Part shown: in pieces, positions 62,193 through 64,000 of the stretch | Numbering within the stretch: position 1 is the stretch's first letter | Layout of the letters: the number at the start of each line of letters is the position of its first letter | Assembly (NCBI GenBank): GCA_963663405.2 | Contig: CAXXSM010000021.1 | Span: forward strand, 64,001-128,000 | Direction: 5' to 3' | Source: a bacterium | GTDB lineage: Bacteria > Hinthialibacterota > Hinthialibacteria > Hinthialibacterales > Hinthialibacteraceae | Length of the DNA: 64,000 nt | The notes under the pieces: model-generated | Told to the model about the DNA's origin: nothing | The model's database searches: none | Seen by the model: the letters and a program-made list of their open reading frames with translations, nothing else | Translations under genes and position numbers: made by a program

Positions 62193-62876
62193 TCATTCAT
62201 TGCTTTTTGGTTGAAAAATTAAGATTTCTTGTTTTTCAACGAGTGTCCGGTTTTCACGAATCAACCGCCAACCCGCCGATTTCATGGATTCTAGTACGTC
62301 TTTGTATAGGTATCGCTCGGATCTATCTTCATTCAATATTTTTTTCCAGATCACGATGATGGCGGAGCCGCCTGGTTTTAAAAGAGGTTTCATGTCTCTG
62401 TAATACTGCGCTGGATCATCAAGGTGGTGGTGTACATTGCAAAAGAAGAGGAGATCCACACTTTGCGGCGCCAGCATGGGACGGTCCGGCGCCGCGTAGA
62501 CGGTCACTATATTGTTGAGTCCCTCTTCTTTGGCTTTCTTCTGCGCGTATTCCAACAGCCCTTCGTTGATATCGCAGCAGTATACAATGCCGGATGGCCC
62601 AACATGTTTTGCGAAGGGGCGGGTAAAATAACCAGTGCCACCTCCAATATCAGCAATCCGGTCTCCCTCTTTCACACTCATGTAGGCGATGATGTCTTCG
62701 ACTTTCTGCCATTCGGCCCGTTCGGGATCTTCGTATTCATGCGCGAGTATCTTGGCTTGGATTTCTTTTGGAAGGTCCTCGAAATCTTTGTTCCGACCTG
62801 TAGAAGTCAGCGCTGGAATGATTAATAGGACTGCCAAACACCATAACAAACCTTTGTTTCGATACCGGCTATGCAT
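62193..62876 (-). CDS. Class I SAM-dependent methyltransferase with signal-like N-terminus
   Basis: IADIGGGTGYF motif I, VYCCDI, SVDL, LKPGG. Confidence 0.88.
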   Translation of the reverse strand: MHSRYRNKGLLWCLAVLLIIPALTSTGRNKDFEDLPKEIQAKILAHEYEDPERAEWQKVEDIIAYMSVKEGDRIADIGGGTGYFTRPFAKHVGPSGIVYCCDINEGLLEYAQKKAKEEGLNNIVTVYAAPDRPMLAPQSVDLLFFCNVHHHLDDPAQYYRDMKPLLKPGGSAIIVIWKKILNEDRSERYLYKDVLESMKSAGWRLIRENRTLVEKQEILIFQPKSNE

Positions 62877-63021
62877 CGTTTATCCCTTTCTGGATATAGC
62901 TGGGATGTTCTTCTCCCGCCGATCTGAATTTTTGTAAATAGAGTTTTTAATAACTTCCGTTTCTGTTCTCTTTGTCGTTATGGGCTATAGATTTTCAGTT
63001 CAGAAAAAAAATATAGGCATG

Positions 63022-63056
63022 AAAAAAGCCGTGAGCGGTTTGGGTTCGCCCACGGC
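63022..63056 (-). terminator. Attenuator terminator of the ilv leader
   Basis: Minus strand: gccgtgggcg-aacccaaac-cgctcacggc-TTTTTT. Confidence 0.85.
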
Positions 63057-63079
63057 CTTAAGGAGTTTCTTGCTGGGTG

Positions 63080-63175
63080 TTAGCCGCGTCTCCTTAAAGC
63101 AGCAGGCGTACGAACGCCGACGAGTACGACGACGTCAATAAGAACGGCCAGCTGAATCAAAGAAATACGGCTCAC
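63080..63175 (-). CDS. Ile/Leu/Val-rich leader peptide MSRISLIQLAVLIDVVVLVGVRTPAALRRRG
   Basis: AAGGA RBS, GTG 63175, TAA 63080-82; 13 of residues 4-21 are I/L/V; directly upstream of the terminator. Confidence 0.85.
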   Translation of the reverse strand: MSRISLIQLAVLIDVVVLVGVRTPAALRRRG

Positions 63176-63318
63176 GGTTTTTTCCTTTTATTAACTGCTA
63201 TCGAACTGAAAATCTAAATAATTCGAGTAGTTTATTCCTTGTGTGCCGCAATGTCAAGAGGGAACGGGTTAGTTTTTTGTGAGGGGAGAAAAAACATCTG
63301 AATCTTGTGCGCTGGGAT

Positions 63319-64000
63319 TTAGTTTTCCATCGCGTTCAATTTACGGATAGCGCGGTTCATCGCCCGTTTGACGTTGCCCAGCGCGGCGGGGCGCATCTGA
63401 TCGGTCAACGGTTTCACTTCGATTGTAACGATCGGAGGTTCTTGGGGATCCAGGTAACCGGCTTCCCGCAGCGCTTTCAAATATCGCACGAGATCCAATT
63501 CGGAATTCTCGCCGTTATCGATACCGAAGGGGGGATGATTGTCGCCATAATATGGATCTTCACTGTTCTTCATCACACAATTCCCAACATGCGCATGAAG
63601 GAGCAAAGGCGCCGCCGTGGAAATCGCGTGTTCCGGCGTCTCGTTCAAGAGGGGGAGATGAGAAAGATCCAGCATAAGACCGAACCGGGGATAATCCCGC
63701 CGGACTTTCGCCGCCATCTCCACCGCTTCAAGCGTGGGGCCGATCAGACAATTCTTCCCGAACGGTACCCGGTCAAAGGTTTCCACGACGACATTCATTT
63801 CTGGATTCAATTCATGGGCGCGGGCGCAGATTTTTCGAAGTGAATCGATGAACAGTTTAGTTTCTTCCTCCCGGTGTTCTTCGCCGGGATCGACGCCGGA
63901 TATCGTCGCGAAACCAACCACGTTCATTTCGACCGCTTCTTCGAGGCAGTCCATAATTTTATTCACGGCCGTTCTCCGTGTATCGGCGTCACGTGAATGC
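63319..64000 (-). CDS. Sugar phosphate isomerase/epimerase TIM-barrel protein (5' partial)
   Basis: Frame open to the window edge; VVETFD, LDLSHLP, HAHVGN, TIEVKP. Confidence 0.82.
   Translation of the reverse strand, partial: HSRDADTRRTAVNKIMDCLEEAVEMNVVGFATISGVDPGEEHREEETKLFIDSLRKICARAHELNPEMNVVVETFDRVPFGKNCLIGPTLEAVEMAAKVRRDYPRFGLMLDLSHLPLLNETPEHAISTAAPLLLHAHVGNCVMKNSEDPYYGDNHPPFGIDNGENSELDLVRYLKALREAGYLDPQEPPIVTIEVKPLTDQMRPAALGNVKRAMNRAIRKLNAMEN

Overview
Bacterial chromosomal window with no rRNA, tRNA, CRISPR array or intact transposase that I can see. The many GspG-like pilins, WD40 secretome, and Tat/TIM and CehA-like hydrolases suggest an uncultured diderm lineage such as Ca. Hinthialibacterota/OLB16; this is an unverified inference. 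Housekeeping genes are metG, serS, ligA, ftsH, ilvB-ilvN-ilvC and yjbQ. Envelope modules include ExbB-ExbD-TPR-vWA, an NtrC regulator next to two pilins, ECF sigma-FecR-secreted propeller, a WD40-cohesin-dockerin protein and a DNRLRE/glycosidase gene followed by three WD40 genes. An AT-richer accessory island at 42.9-51.6 kb holds ImmA/IrrE + PIN, RES, GNAT, VOC and BrnTA. Best leads: (1) a shared ~10-residue C-terminal motif, (S/T/A)(S/P)(V/A/T)xD(W/A/S)x(L/V)(Y/H), on five signal-peptide proteins of three different folds, a candidate undescribed sorting signal; (2) two GTAAYAC-N13-GTGTTAC NikR-like operators that link a DUF4198 gene to an operon of motif-bearing secreted protein + pilin + His-rich FmdE protein, a candidate metal-regulated surface uptake system; (3) an unannotated Ile/Leu/Val leader-peptide attenuator separated from ilvB by a methyltransferase gene; (4) several small repeat families and decayed attC-like half sites. 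Seven accessory genes carry single-base frameshifts that may be assembly errors.
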